From a virus (Duplodnaviria; Caudoviricetes): a stretch of DNA of 64,000 nucleotides. This document shows, piece after piece, positions 18,916-28,473 of this stretch. The stretch lies in the IMG/VR virus record IMGVR_UViG_3300020336_000004, positions 31,924 to 95,923 of that record; one strand, written 5' to 3'. The notes beneath the pieces are model-generated. The model saw only the letters and a list, made by a program, of their open reading frames with translations. It did no database searches and was not told where the DNA came from. Position 1 is the stretch's first letter; every line of letters starts with the position of its first letter. The position numbers and the translations under genes are program-made.

Positions 18916-19124
18916 AGTTCTTCTACAATACCTAATACTTCTGCAATAATTAGTAATGCACCTGCAACCATAACCCAAACACCCCATTCTTCAAGGTACC
19001 AGCCGGCTACAAGAAATGCTCCACCTGCGGCAATACGTACTGCACTTTTAACAAGGCTAACGTAAAAATGAAATAGACTAGGATCTTTTGCGGCTGGAAT
19101 AATTATTTTTTCTGGAATTGGCAT
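18912..19124 (-). CDS. Small membrane protein
   Basis: Two hydrophobic helices; coupled to the clpP stop. Confidence 0.7.
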   Translation of the reverse strand: MPIPEKIIIPAAKDPSLFHFYVSLVKSAVRIAAGGAFLVAGWYLEEWGVWVMVAGALLIIAEVLGIVEEL

Positions 19125-19708
19125 TATCTACTCTCCATAATTTTATCTGCAAGGCCATAATTAACTGCTTCGCTGGCACTCATAAAGTTATCTCTATCCA
19201 TATCTGCTTCAAGTGTAGCATAACTTTGTCCTGTATGCTTTTCGTACAGTTTAGTTAATGTTTCTTTCCAATACTGTAGTTCTTTATATTGAATTTCAAC
19301 GTCACTTGCTTGACCTTGTGTTCCACCAAGGGGTTGATGAATCATATGCCTACTGTGAGGAAGGACAACTCTTTTACCTTTTGCACCTGCACTGGCTAAG
19401 AAACTGCCCATACTAGCGGCTTGTCCCATTACAATAGTACTAACTGGACTTTTAATAAATTGCATAGTATCGTAGATACTCATACCAGCAGTAACAGATC
19501 CGCCCGGACTATTAATATAAAAGTTGATAGTCTTCTCCGGGTTTTGGCTTTCTAAGAAAAGCATTTGCGATACAATTAAACTAGCAGATGCACTATTCAC
19601 ATCTGTGTCTAACATTATAATACGATCTTTTAATAATCTGCTATAAATGTCGTAGCTTCTTTCACCACGGCTTTCTTTTTCAATTACTACAGGTACTAAG
19701 TTAGGCAT
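19124..19708 (-). CDS. clpP: ClpP protease
   Basis: [35 protein letters not shown]. Confidence 0.96.
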   Translation of the reverse strand: MPNLVPVVIEKESRGERSYDIYSRLLKDRIIMLDTDVNSASASLIVSQMLFLESQNPEKTINFYINSPGGSVTAGMSIYDTMQFIKSPVSTIVMGQAASMGSFLASAGAKGKRVVLPHSRHMIHQPLGGTQGQASDVEIQYKELQYWKETLTKLYEKHTGQSYATLEADMDRDNFMSASEAVNYGLADKIMESR

Positions 19709-19904
19709 TGGATGTCATCTCTGTTTTAACTAAAGGAGTAACTGTAGAAACATCATTATAGTCTCCATCCTTTAAAAATTGTCTTGTTGTAATTTCCTGC
19801 CTAAGCATTCCATCTTTGATACGGTAAGTAATAAGTTCTTGCTTAATTACTCCGCTTGTTGGTTTGGATAATGCGTCCAAGTATGGACCTTCTTTGATTT
19901 CCAT
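19701..19904 (-). CDS. Hypothetical protein
   Basis: Translationally coupled ORF. Confidence 0.65.
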   Translation of the reverse strand: MEIKEGPYLDALSKPTSGVIKQELITYRIKDGMLRQEITTRQFLKDGDYNDVSTVTPLVKTEMTSNA

Positions 19905-20137
19905 TAAATTCTCCCGTTATAACGTTTTGCTATTTGTTTAGGTCCTGGTGTAGTAAACTCCATTCCCATTTTATTGCCTACATAAACTCTGCCGTTGTAT
20001 TTGCAGTAAATTTTGTTTCCTGCAACATATGCATTTAATCCATCTTCGGCCTTAAAATTATCTATTTCAGCCTCAACTACTTTGTCGTTGTCTGTACAAG
20101 TTAGTTGCACTCGATTGTCATAATATGCATTTGTCAT
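19904..20137 (-). CDS. Hypothetical protein
   Basis: AAGGA RBS; TTGACA-17-TATAAT upstream. Confidence 0.7.
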   Translation of the reverse strand: MTNAYYDNRVQLTCTDNDKVVEAEIDNFKAEDGLNAYVAGNKIYCKYNGRVYVGNKMGMEFTTPGPKQIAKRYNGRI

Positions 20138-20173
20138 GTTGTATCCTTTGTTGTTTTTATTATATACAATTAG

Positions 20174-20899
20174 TTATTGTTTGTCAAGTGGTATTTTATA
20201 TAATTTGACATAATTTAACCTTGTTTCATTTGCACCAAACAGTTTGTTCTTAGTTTGTGCTTTTACTTTGGCTTTGATACGTAGCATACTGCCTACGTTG
20301 TATTCAAACTTATTCATAAAAGATATAAGATTACCATCAATGACAGCCACATAATTATATGAATCCCATTGAGTACTATATCTCTTGTCAAGAATTTTAA
20401 TCGCTCCTTCAACTGCATCTTTTTCCTTACCCAAATATTGGGAATTTCTATATTCTGTACGAATCTCTTTAGTGAGTCCTGTTTCATGTTGATCACGTTT
20501 TACAAATTCAGGAATAAACGCAATACGCCCTAAGTTGTTAACTGTTACAGTATCTTGCGATACTGAATTAATCATGTCTCGTTTGAAGTCATCTAATTCA
20601 GCAAGTCCAAGCATCACATAACGCTTCATCCACTTGTGTAGTTCTGCCACTTCAGCATAGTCACCTGCTGTCGGAGTAGGCAAAACAAAATCATTTGGAC
20701 GATAATTAGGATTGAATACAAACTTAACTATTTCTTTGTTAGAAAAAATCGTAGGATTGTCTTCTGAAAATCTACGTGTGTCTTTTACATAGCCTTTGTT
20801 AATACGTTGTGCGGCTACAGCTATAGCAAGTGCTTCTTGTGTTGAAACTGTTTTTAAAGATTTTGTGTCGAACAGTTTGTTCTTGGTTGATGCGTACAT
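20174..20899 (-). CDS. Hypothetical protein, possible OB-fold C-terminus
   Basis: Own TTGACA-17-TATAAT promoter near 20934-20962. Confidence 0.7.
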   Translation of the reverse strand: MYASTKNKLFDTKSLKTVSTQEALAIAVAAQRINKGYVKDTRRFSEDNPTIFSNKEIVKFVFNPNYRPNDFVLPTPTAGDYAEVAELHKWMKRYVMLGLAELDDFKRDMINSVSQDTVTVNNLGRIAFIPEFVKRDQHETGLTKEIRTEYRNSQYLGKEKDAVEGAIKILDKRYSTQWDSYNYVAVIDGNLISFMNKFEYNVGSMLRIKAKVKAQTKNKLFGANETRLNYVKLYKIPLDKQ

Positions 20900-20962
20900 T
20901 ATATGCCTTTCTTATTTGCCTAATTATAATATAATTATACATTCAAAAAGAATGTTTGTCAA

Positions 20963-21454
20963 CTATTTTATGCCTAAAGGATCTTGAACCCAATGTTTTT
21001 CTGAACAAGCATTTTCACTGCACCAACCAATAAACAAACCTAACTCTCTACCATGTGCTTCTATTTCCCATGGTTGTTGCCAGTAATCTTTTACACATTT
21101 TCTGTGATTAGAAAGCCATTGTCCTTGCCATCTATGTTTGTTTTGTGTAGTACTTTCATACAGTTCGCCTCTAGCAAATTGTTTTACATGTACCATTTCG
21201 TGAGCAACGGTTTCTAATAACCGTCTTAGGCGCATTTTTTTGTTTAGTTCGATATCAAATGCTCGAGGACGATGCAGGTCAGCATCTTGATCTGGTAAAG
21301 CATACCCTAAAGTATTATCTTTTCCAAAGTCTTTTATGTGGATGTTTACTTCAATACGCCATAATTTTGGCATTAATTCTTTTTGACAATAATAGACCAT
21401 AGATTTTACTAGCTCTTTTTGTCTTTTGCTGCCACCGCGAACCGAGATAATCAT
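20963..21454 (-). CDS. Zn metallopeptidase-like protein
   Basis: VAHEMVHVKQ (HExxH), PWEIEA. Confidence 0.8.
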   Translation of the reverse strand: MIISVRGGSKRQKELVKSMVYYCQKELMPKLWRIEVNIHIKDFGKDNTLGYALPDQDADLHRPRAFDIELNKKMRLRRLLETVAHEMVHVKQFARGELYESTTQNKHRWQGQWLSNHRKCVKDYWQQPWEIEAHGRELGLFIGWCSENACSEKHWVQDPLGIK

Positions 21455-21521
21455 ACAATAGTTCTCCTGTTAAAAGATAACTTATTATAGTATATTTACT
21501 AGATTTAGTCAAGTATTGATT

Positions 21522-21743
21522 TCACCGTTTTAAACGGTATACAATGCGGCCTTTTGTGAGGTCATATGGTGATATCTCTACACTTACCCTATCACCACGT
21601 ATCATTCGTATTTTATTCTTTTTCAATTTACCACCTGTATAGGCAGTTATAGTATGTCCATTTTCTAATAATACTTTGAACATTTGAGCAGGTAATACAT
21701 CTATTACCTCTCCTTCAAACTCTAAAAGTCCCTTATCCTTCAC
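21522..21743 (-). CDS. infA: Translation initiation factor IF-1
   Basis: EFEGEVIDVLP...FKVLLENG...GDRVSVEISPYDLTKGRIVYR. Confidence 0.95.
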   Translation of the reverse strand: MKDKGLLEFEGEVIDVLPAQMFKVLLENGHTITAYTGGKLKKNKIRMIRGDRVSVEISPYDLTKGRIVYRLKR

Positions 21744-21930
21744 TTTTTACTTCTGAAATGATAATAGTACCTTTATCACCAACCTCTACTTTGATTTTGG
21801 TGCCTTCACCCCATCCTTGTGCTTCAAGTATTTCAGGCGGGATAGTCATAAGTGTATTCTTATCATCTCCTTCAATGTCTTGAAAGATATCTTCTACTTT
21901 ATACTCTTTGTTTTTAAAATCGTCTGTCAT
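21733..21930 (-). CDS. AbrB/MazE-like small protein
   Basis: LMTIPPEIL...GWGEGTKI...GTIII. Confidence 0.6.
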   Translation of the reverse strand: MTDDFKNKEYKVEDIFQDIEGDDKNTLMTIPPEILEAQGWGEGTKIKVEVGDKGTIIISEVKSEG

Positions 21931-22466
21931 TATATCTCCATATCTGCGGCAACTATATATCGCCAATTGTTACTTTCTAGTATCCCAGGCCGGTGCCAAG
22001 TTTTTCCTGGAAAAATTAACCAATGTCCTTCTTTAGCTGGAACATATTCTGTAGCCCCTTCTGGTGAAGTGTGTGCTAATTCTGTACCGCTTGTTTCTAA
22101 ATTACAATCTTCTGGCATTTTAAGATAGTACACACCACTTACAACTAAATTGTTATCACGTATATGCTGATGCCAATAGTCATTCCTGTCTTCTTGTGTG
22201 TCAAGGTTAGTCTTGTAACCCCAACTTTTTATAGTTTTTATTTGTTTCTCTTGATTCATAAAAGCAAAAGCACTCCAAATAAAACTCATTTTTAAATTGA
22301 TCCAATTTTCGTGCGGAATACCAAAAATATTTATATTTGTTTGATAAGGAGGACTATTATGCCAAAATTTACCTGACGCAATAGTGTTGTCTATATCGCT
22401 ACACATAAAGGACCGTGCTCTATCATTAATAAGAGAAGTCCAATCATAAATCTCAAAGTCTATCAA
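21930..22466 (-). CDS. 2OG-Fe(II) oxygenase-like protein
   Basis: WHQH...SGVYYL...LIFPG..WH. Confidence 0.75.
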   Translation of the reverse strand: MIDFEIYDWTSLINDRARSFMCSDIDNTIASGKFWHNSPPYQTNINIFGIPHENWINLKMSFIWSAFAFMNQEKQIKTIKSWGYKTNLDTQEDRNDYWHQHIRDNNLVVSGVYYLKMPEDCNLETSGTELAHTSPEGATEYVPAKEGHWLIFPGKTWHRPGILESNNWRYIVAADMEI

Positions 22467-23026
22467 ATAACTTGCTCTAAAAATTTAAGTACATTTTCTG
22501 GTTTTGTTTCAGTATAAGGATCATCATCGTCTGAATGATTATTGCGTCCTGGTTCTTCCCAAAATCTTTCTACTACACCGTCATTGACAACCATTGCATA
22601 TCTCCATGATCTATTACCAAACCCCTGCATAGGCTTACAAACTAGCATACCCATCATCTGAGTGAATTCGCCCGCACCATCGGGTATAAATTTGATATTT
22701 TTAATTTTTTGATCAATCATCCATTTACGCATAACAAACGTATCATTAACACTGATAACATATATTTCGTCAATATCACAGTTGCGTATTTTATCGTACA
22801 TTTCTTCAAATCCTGGAACTTGGTATGTACTACATGTTGGAGTAAATGCTCCTGGTAGTGAAAATACCACTACCCTCTTGTTTTTGAATATTTCATCTGA
22901 ATTGACAGATTTCCATTCAAAAGGATTTTTATCTCCGTTACTATTATCTACATATGTAATTGGTTTCCCATCTGTCCTAAATCGATACTTAAAATCAACA
23001 TTAGGAACTGTTACGCCTTCTTTCAT
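22463..23026 (-). CDS. Peroxiredoxin (Prx5/redoxin family)
   Basis: SLPGAFTPTCS, SVNDTFVM, RSWRYAM; start reassigned to MKEG. Confidence 0.92.
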   Translation of the reverse strand: MKEGVTVPNVDFKYRFRTDGKPITYVDNSNGDKNPFEWKSVNSDEIFKNKRVVVFSLPGAFTPTCSTYQVPGFEEMYDKIRNCDIDEIYVISVNDTFVMRKWMIDQKIKNIKFIPDGAGEFTQMMGMLVCKPMQGFGNRSWRYAMVVNDGVVERFWEEPGRNNHSDDDDPYTETKPENVLKFLEQVI

Positions 23027-23138
23027 CAATAGACCTCTCTTTGTAATATTTATTGTAACATTTATAATTATCGTTGTCAACCAAAAAAAAGAATAAAGTT
23101 GAATAAATACATATAATAACCGGGCGTGGAATAATATT

Positions 23139-23417
23139 ATGGAATTTTTAAATATAGTAGGCGAAGTAGGTTTCCCAATCGCAGGAGCAATGGCTGCTGG
23201 CCTCTTTGTTTTTACTACCTTACGATTTATTCTTGAAAGTGTTACCGGGTCAGTAAATAGTCTAAAAGGTATGATATCTGCATTAAACAATCGCGTTCAA
23301 ACTATGAATAACGATCTAGTTAAAATTGATGCTCTTATGAGCTATGCTCTTAATGTCAAACCCAATGTAGATAGACTAGCGGCTAACGAAGGCAAGGAGG
23401 ACGCAAGGCGTGATTAA
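23139..23417 (+). CDS. Small membrane/coiled-coil protein (GFPI family)
   Basis: VGFPIAGA TM segment followed by a coiled coil. Confidence 0.75.
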   Translation: MEFLNIVGEVGFPIAGAMAAGLFVFTTLRFILESVTGSVNSLKGMISALNNRVQTMNNDLVKIDALMSYALNVKPNVDRLAANEGKEDARRD

Positions 23418-23607
23418 AAATTTAAAAGACTTAATTATTTGTATTCTAGTAGCAGGAGTTTTAGGACTACTAGGGGTTATTATTATAGGCGACTATTATG
23501 TTGCACTACAAGAAAATAGACCAGTAGACGAAAGTGTTATTACATTAATGAAAATGGCACTTACAGGATTGATTGGTATAATTGCAGGATATATTGGAAG
23601 TAAATGA
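23410..23607 (+). CDS. Small 2-TM membrane protein
   Basis: AAGGAGG RBS, GTG start. Confidence 0.7.
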   Translation: MIKNLKDLIICILVAGVLGLLGVIIIGDYYVALQENRPVDESVITLMKMALTGLIGIIAGYIGSK

Positions 23608-23939
23608 GCACTGAATTAGTTAATGCAATTAATCAATACGGTTTCCCAATCATAGCGGCAATGGGGTTAGCTTATTTTGTATACTATGTATGGAAATGGG
23701 TAACTACTGAAATTAAACCAGTGCTAGGTCAAGCAAGTTCTACACTTGTAGCATTAATAGATCGTATTCGTATGTTAGATAATGATATGATACGACTGAA
23801 TCAAAAAATTAATATGATACTGGAATTTAAAGAACAGTATGAAAAGCTAACAGGCAAAAGTTTTGATCTTGATCTAGACGAAATTGAAGATGCTATAGCT
23901 AAAACTAAAAGAGGAAAAAAAAGTGTTTCTAAAAAATAA
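23604..23939 (+). CDS. Small membrane/coiled-coil protein, paralog of 23139..23417
   Basis: YGFPIIAA; DRIRMLDNDMIRL versus NRVQTMNNDLVKI. Confidence 0.75.
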   Translation: MSTELVNAINQYGFPIIAAMGLAYFVYYVWKWVTTEIKPVLGQASSTLVALIDRIRMLDNDMIRLNQKINMILEFKEQYEKLTGKSFDLDLDEIEDAIAKTKRGKKSVSKK

Positions 23940-24084
23940 GTTCTACGAAATACAAAATGCTACTACTCAAGCATGGTTAAGCCGACAAAGCCTTTGGACT
24001 GATTGTGATTTAATAATGTCCTTTGGTATAGGGTTACTAATTGGTAACTTAATGGGTTTAACTATTACTTTGTTTATTTTGTAG
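23923..24084 (+). CDS. Small protein with C-terminal TM (53 aa)
   Basis: Not in the ORF track; GTG after AGAGGA; fills the gap up to the cyclase stop. Confidence 0.5.
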   Translation: MFLKNKFYEIQNATTQAWLSRQSLWTDCDLIMSFGIGLLIGNLMGLTITLFIL

Positions 24085-26125
24085 TAGCAATAAAAACGCC
24101 ATTCCAGTCTTTGGATAACTTCTGCGTTTTCATATACTCACAACGCTCTATCCACATATCGTAGTATGCCGCCATCTTTTCATCAAAATGATTGTGCAAT
24201 AATTCACAACTAGCAATCGCATCATCAAACTTTTGTTCTTTGTAGAACTTGTGCATTTCTTCGTGCTTACGTTTTGCTGTACGCCACGCAGGTTTAATTC
24301 CATCTAACACTGTCCAAATACCAATACCTACAGTTTTTCCTTTAACTGCTAAGTCATCTATTTTTAAATAAAAGAAATCGTCTTTAGTTGCTTGATATGT
24401 TGCATCGCCTATTAATAAAACACAACCATACTCTTTACACTTGCTTTCGATACGAGCGGCTGTGCTTACAGCATCCCCGAGAACATCATAACTGTGTCTG
24501 GCCGTTGACCCCATTTCACCAAGATAGCCAAGACCAGTATTAATACCGGCACCCATACCAACGGGTGGTCTGCCTTCACTTGTAATTTTTTCATTGAACT
24601 TCTCCACTGCTTTTAACATATTTAAACCTGTTTCAACGGCTGTACGAGGATGATGTGAATCATCTATAGGTGCATTGTGTATGTGCATACTAGCATCACC
24701 TATATATTTAATAACCATTCCGTCGCTGTCAAGTATAGGTTGTGTAATTGCATCCATATAGCCGTTCATAATTTTAGTAAGGCCTTTTACATCGTCGCCA
24801 AATGATTCACCTAGTGGTGTAAAGCCTCTTAGATCTGAGAAGCAGATTGAAACTTCTTTTTTCATACCTTCTTTAATTAGTGCAGGATTTTCTTGAAGTA
24901 AACGTACTACTGTTGGTGATGCATATCCTGCAAACTGTTTCTTAATTTTTTGTTTTTCAAAAAATTCTAATACAAATCTATTAAACACCGCATGTAATCC
25001 AACAAGTAAAACTGTTACTATTGGCATTGTTGCGTCTAACAAATATAAATGTGTTGTCCAAGCATAATAAACAGCATAGGCGAGTCCTCCCACAAATACA
25101 ACTATACTTCCTCCAGCTAACCAGTAAGGTGCAAATCGTCCAAGAAGCACAAGGGCTATGCCCAAGACTGCTGTTGTGATCAACTCCACCAAGAATGCCC
25201 AGTAAGGACGTTCAATTTGATCTCCATCCATAACTGTCTGTAGTGTTACTGCCGCTGGTATATAATTATATTGTGGTCCTGTTGGACTAGCGATTAATCC
25301 GCCTATGCCTTCTGCTGTAATTCCTAAAATTACAGTTTTACCCTCAAACATCCAGAACTGATCTTTATCAGCCGCACTTATAGTATCAAAGTCTTTATTC
25401 CACCTTAACCATAACTGTGCATTTGGATCTGTTTTTATTATTGGGTAACCCGGAACACGTACTGCTTCAATGCCTCCGGGACCTGCTTTTACTTGATAAC
25501 TAGGGTTACCTGTTGCTGTTCTAATTACTTCAATTGCTAAAGTAGGATACGTATTCTCCCCAATACGCATAAGGAGAGGTACACGTCGAACAACACCGTC
25601 TATTTCAGGTGCAGTGTTTAAAACACCTACACCGTCAGCATTTTCTCCTAGCAATGGGATTGGTCCTAACATCCCTGGCCATTCAAACATATATGGCAAA
25701 GGATCTCCTATTTTGGCTACGCCTCTAGGAACAGGATTTTTATTAACAGATGTAGTTCCTGTTTGAGCAATAACTACTCCGTTACCTGCAAGTGCTTCGG
25801 CTAACTCTATATCCCCGCCTAATCTATCAGGCTCTGAAAAGAGTATAGGCACCACTATGATGCCAGCACCTGCCTCGCGAAGATTCCAGATTATATCTGC
25901 AATAACATCACGCTTCCAAGGCCATTGTCCGTACTTTTCAATGGCAGGTTCGTCAATGGTTACGATACCTATATCTTGGGATATGGTTGACTGATCAGTG
26001 TTTTGAAGTAAGTCAAATTGCTTCAGCCGAGCAGTCTGCACAACAGAGCCATCGTTGTAATGCAAACTTATCATTATAAAAGCTGTTACAAAGGCAACAG
26101 CCCAATGTGTGATATACTTCGTCAT
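24074..26125 (-). CDS. CHASE2-domain membrane class III adenylate/guanylate cyclase
   Basis: IDE..GQWPWKR, DGVVRR (CHASE2); 3 TM; FSDLRGFT, KYIGDA, GINTG, GDAVSTAARIE. Confidence 0.93.
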   Translation of the reverse strand: MTKYITHWAVAFVTAFIMISLHYNDGSVVQTARLKQFDLLQNTDQSTISQDIGIVTIDEPAIEKYGQWPWKRDVIADIIWNLREAGAGIIVVPILFSEPDRLGGDIELAEALAGNGVVIAQTGTTSVNKNPVPRGVAKIGDPLPYMFEWPGMLGPIPLLGENADGVGVLNTAPEIDGVVRRVPLLMRIGENTYPTLAIEVIRTATGNPSYQVKAGPGGIEAVRVPGYPIIKTDPNAQLWLRWNKDFDTISAADKDQFWMFEGKTVILGITAEGIGGLIASPTGPQYNYIPAAVTLQTVMDGDQIERPYWAFLVELITTAVLGIALVLLGRFAPYWLAGGSIVVFVGGLAYAVYYAWTTHLYLLDATMPIVTVLLVGLHAVFNRFVLEFFEKQKIKKQFAGYASPTVVRLLQENPALIKEGMKKEVSICFSDLRGFTPLGESFGDDVKGLTKIMNGYMDAITQPILDSDGMVIKYIGDASMHIHNAPIDDSHHPRTAVETGLNMLKAVEKFNEKITSEGRPPVGMGAGINTGLGYLGEMGSTARHSYDVLGDAVSTAARIESKCKEYGCVLLIGDATYQATKDDFFYLKIDDLAVKGKTVGIGIWTVLDGIKPAWRTAKRKHEEMHKFYKEQKFDDAIASCELLHNHFDEKMAAYYDMWIERCEYMKTQKLSKDWNGVFIATTK

Positions 26126-26140
26126 ACTGTATTTATCGTA

Positions 26141-26386
26141 CTATTTGTTTGTAATTTTTCCTATAGCTTCTTTTGTCCATTTATTGCCTCGAAAGTCACG
26201 ATCTTTAAATGGCATCGCTGGTCGTTCAACATATAAAGTTTTAGGACATTGATATTGTTTTAGCGTACTAGCAAATTCTCTACTACTATCTTTGCATGTA
26301 TAGAAGCACATAATATCTTCTTTTACTATTTCTTTGTGTACTATAGAGCAGGACATCATTCCTGCCATTGCTAATTCAATGATCAT
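26141..26386 (-). CDS. Small Cys-containing hypothetical protein
   Basis: ORF track, start trimmed; C..CFYTC..CP. Confidence 0.55.
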   Translation of the reverse strand: MIIELAMAGMMSCSIVHKEIVKEDIMCFYTCKDSSREFASTLKQYQCPKTLYVERPAMPFKDRDFRGNKWTKEAIGKITNK

Positions 26387-26594
26387 ATATTTTTGGCCCA
26401 TCTTGCACTTTAACTGGTTTACAGTATGCAGTTACTCTGTGTTCTTTAGGTACTAAGTAGCTGTGTGAATAGTTTCCGTATTGTCTAGGTATACGTTTAG
26501 CATAATATTGACATACATCTATACTTCTAAAATACATAGGTGAAGGTTGTAAGTCACCACCTATTAATACTACTAACATAAACGCATGTATCAT
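26376..26594 (-). CDS. Small hypothetical protein
   Basis: Hydrophobic N-terminus, YF.SIDVC...AYCKP. Confidence 0.6.
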   Translation of the reverse strand: MIHAFMLVVLIGGDLQPSPMYFRSIDVCQYYAKRIPRQYGNYSHSYLVPKEHRVTAYCKPVKVQDGPKIYDH

Positions 26595-26899
26595 TTTGTA
26601 AGTCTATCCCATTGGTTTTTTGATCTTGATTTCTTAGGTTTTTCATTTGACCAATTTTCTTTTACTTTTTGTGGATCTTGTGTAACTTTTTCTTTTTGTT
26701 CAAGTCTGTATTTTACTTTTTCACGTTGTTCAAGTTGGGCTTTGAACATTTCTCTAACTTCTGGTGCGTTATTAGTTTCTCTTAAAAACTGCATTATACC
26801 ACTCCAACTATTTCCCATAAACAATATCTTACCGTCTTTGTATAGAATTCCTTTGTTATTTTGGTTGTAATATTCTAGGTTACTATAAACATACCACAA
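26591..26899 (-). CDS. Hypothetical protein
   Basis: ORF between coupled genes. Confidence 0.55.
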   Translation of the reverse strand: MWYVYSNLEYYNQNNKGILYKDGKILFMGNSWSGIMQFLRETNNAPEVREMFKAQLEQREKVKYRLEQKEKVTQDPQKVKENWSNEKPKKSRSKNQWDRLTK

Positions 26900-27382
26900 T
26901 TAGATCATTCCTCTAGCCTTTGCTATAAAATACACCATACCAATTAACATAGTAGCACCAATTACTAGTAATATTACAATAGCAACTCCGTTTACTATTG
27001 CTTGTTTAGCCTCTGCGGCTGCATAAACATCACGCTCACGTTGAGCTCTAATTTTACGTTGCATTTCTTTTAGTTCATCCCATGTACCAAAACCAAAGCG
27101 ATAGTTTAACATTGTCTGTAACTCTTTCTCCATCTCCATGATTTTCTTTTCATGTATTAATAGATTAAGTGCTTCTTCTTCTACTGACCCTGCTGCTAGT
27201 AGTTTTTTAAATATAGGTGGTTTCTTCTGCATCTGCTGGCCTTTGCGGAAGTCACTAACAGCGCCATACCACTTGCCCATTTGTCCCATACAGTTTTCAA
27301 ATTCTTGACCAGCATGTACAAACTTTTTAACTGTGTTGAATGCTGTTGTTGCCGCGGCTACGGCTGTGAATGGATCGATCAA
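26900..27382 (-). CDS. Hypothetical protein with C-terminal TM
   Basis: MIDPFTAVAAAT..., C-terminal hydrophobic helix. Confidence 0.7.
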   Translation of the reverse strand: MIDPFTAVAAATTAFNTVKKFVHAGQEFENCMGQMGKWYGAVSDFRKGQQMQKKPPIFKKLLAAGSVEEEALNLLIHEKKIMEMEKELQTMLNYRFGFGTWDELKEMQRKIRAQRERDVYAAAEAKQAIVNGVAIVILLVIGATMLIGMVYFIAKARGMI

Positions 27383-27438
27383 TACGCCCTACTTTCTACA
27401 GGAGCCCATACCTGCTTACACGTATTTAGTTTTTGAAA

Positions 27439-28473
27439 TTAATTTTGGGTGATGATTAGTCCGCAACCGTAAGCGGTTGCACATGTACCTGTGATGTTAT
27501 ATGTTTGGTTAGTGTTAGCAGTTTGATCTAAATCTAATGTGTAGCCACCGCCTGAGTTTGTTAAATCAATATTTGCAGTGTGTGATCCATATCTTTGATA
27601 TACATCAACTGTGTGTCCGTCATCTAAAACTATATCTGCAAATTGCGTGTTACTGTTACCTCTTTGTAATACTTCAACATTATTATTGTCACCAGTAATT
27701 TCTACAAAACCATTATGATCACCTGCACCACGCTGTGTATGTTTTACATCGTTGTTATCACCTGTAACATAATTTGCAATATGCTGTCCGCCATTGCCGT
27801 TATCGTCTGTTTGATAACTTGCAAGATTATTGTTACTACCGCTAACAATCCAATACACATCATTGTTGCCAGTTTCATCATTATCTATTGAGCCATCTTC
27901 GTGCTTGCCTTGCCATGCTTTTACATTGTTGTTGCTACCATTTACTGTAACTCTATTGACGTTGTTGCTTTGTTTATGTACTTGTACGTCTATACTATTT
28001 GTACTGCCGTTTTGTACTTCAGTGTAAAGTGTGTTGCTATCGCCGTCATTAATAGTTACGCTAATTTGATTATTGATATCGCTACCATTACCTATTTCAG
28101 TATGAGTAACATTACTATCTCCATCAATAGCAACTGACATGTCGTTATTGTTACCGTGGTTGTCCATTGCACTAACATTTGAATTACCATCTTGTATAAG
28201 TGACATCACTTGGTTAGTACCATTTGTCCAGAAACCTGCTCTATTATTGTTACCTTGTTGTGTTACTGTAAATGTTTTGTTGCTTCCGTTTATACTTGCA
28301 TCGCCACTAGTTGTGTTAAGACTGCGGATACTATTGTTTTGACCGTCTTGCACAATATCTATATCAACATTATCGCCAACTTGATTTACGTAAATTTCGT
28401 TCGCGTAACAGGCTTGGGCACTAAAGTATAATACCATTACTAAGATTCCTAAATGTGTTCCTGTTATTTTCAT
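27439..28473 (-). CDS. Secreted curlin-repeat protein (CsgA/CsgB-like)
   Basis: Signal peptide; recurring QxGxxN / xxGxxN repeats; N/Q/G-rich. Confidence 0.75.
   Translation of the reverse strand: MKITGTHLGILVMVLYFSAQACYANEIYVNQVGDNVDIDIVQDGQNNSIRSLNTTSGDASINGSNKTFTVTQQGNNNRAGFWTNGTNQVMSLIQDGNSNVSAMDNHGNNNDMSVAIDGDSNVTHTEIGNGSDINNQISVTINDGDSNTLYTEVQNGSTNSIDVQVHKQSNNVNRVTVNGSNNNVKAWQGKHEDGSIDNDETGNNDVYWIVSGSNNNLASYQTDDNGNGGQHIANYVTGDNNDVKHTQRGAGDHNGFVEITGDNNNVEVLQRGNSNTQFADIVLDDGHTVDVYQRYGSHTANIDLTNSGGGYTLDLDQTANTNQTYNITGTCATAYGCGLIITQN

Noticed and set aside
23027-23290. Long N-terminal extension of the peroxiredoxin in the track
   Set aside because: It overlaps a promoter and a divergent gene; the domain begins at MKEG (23026).
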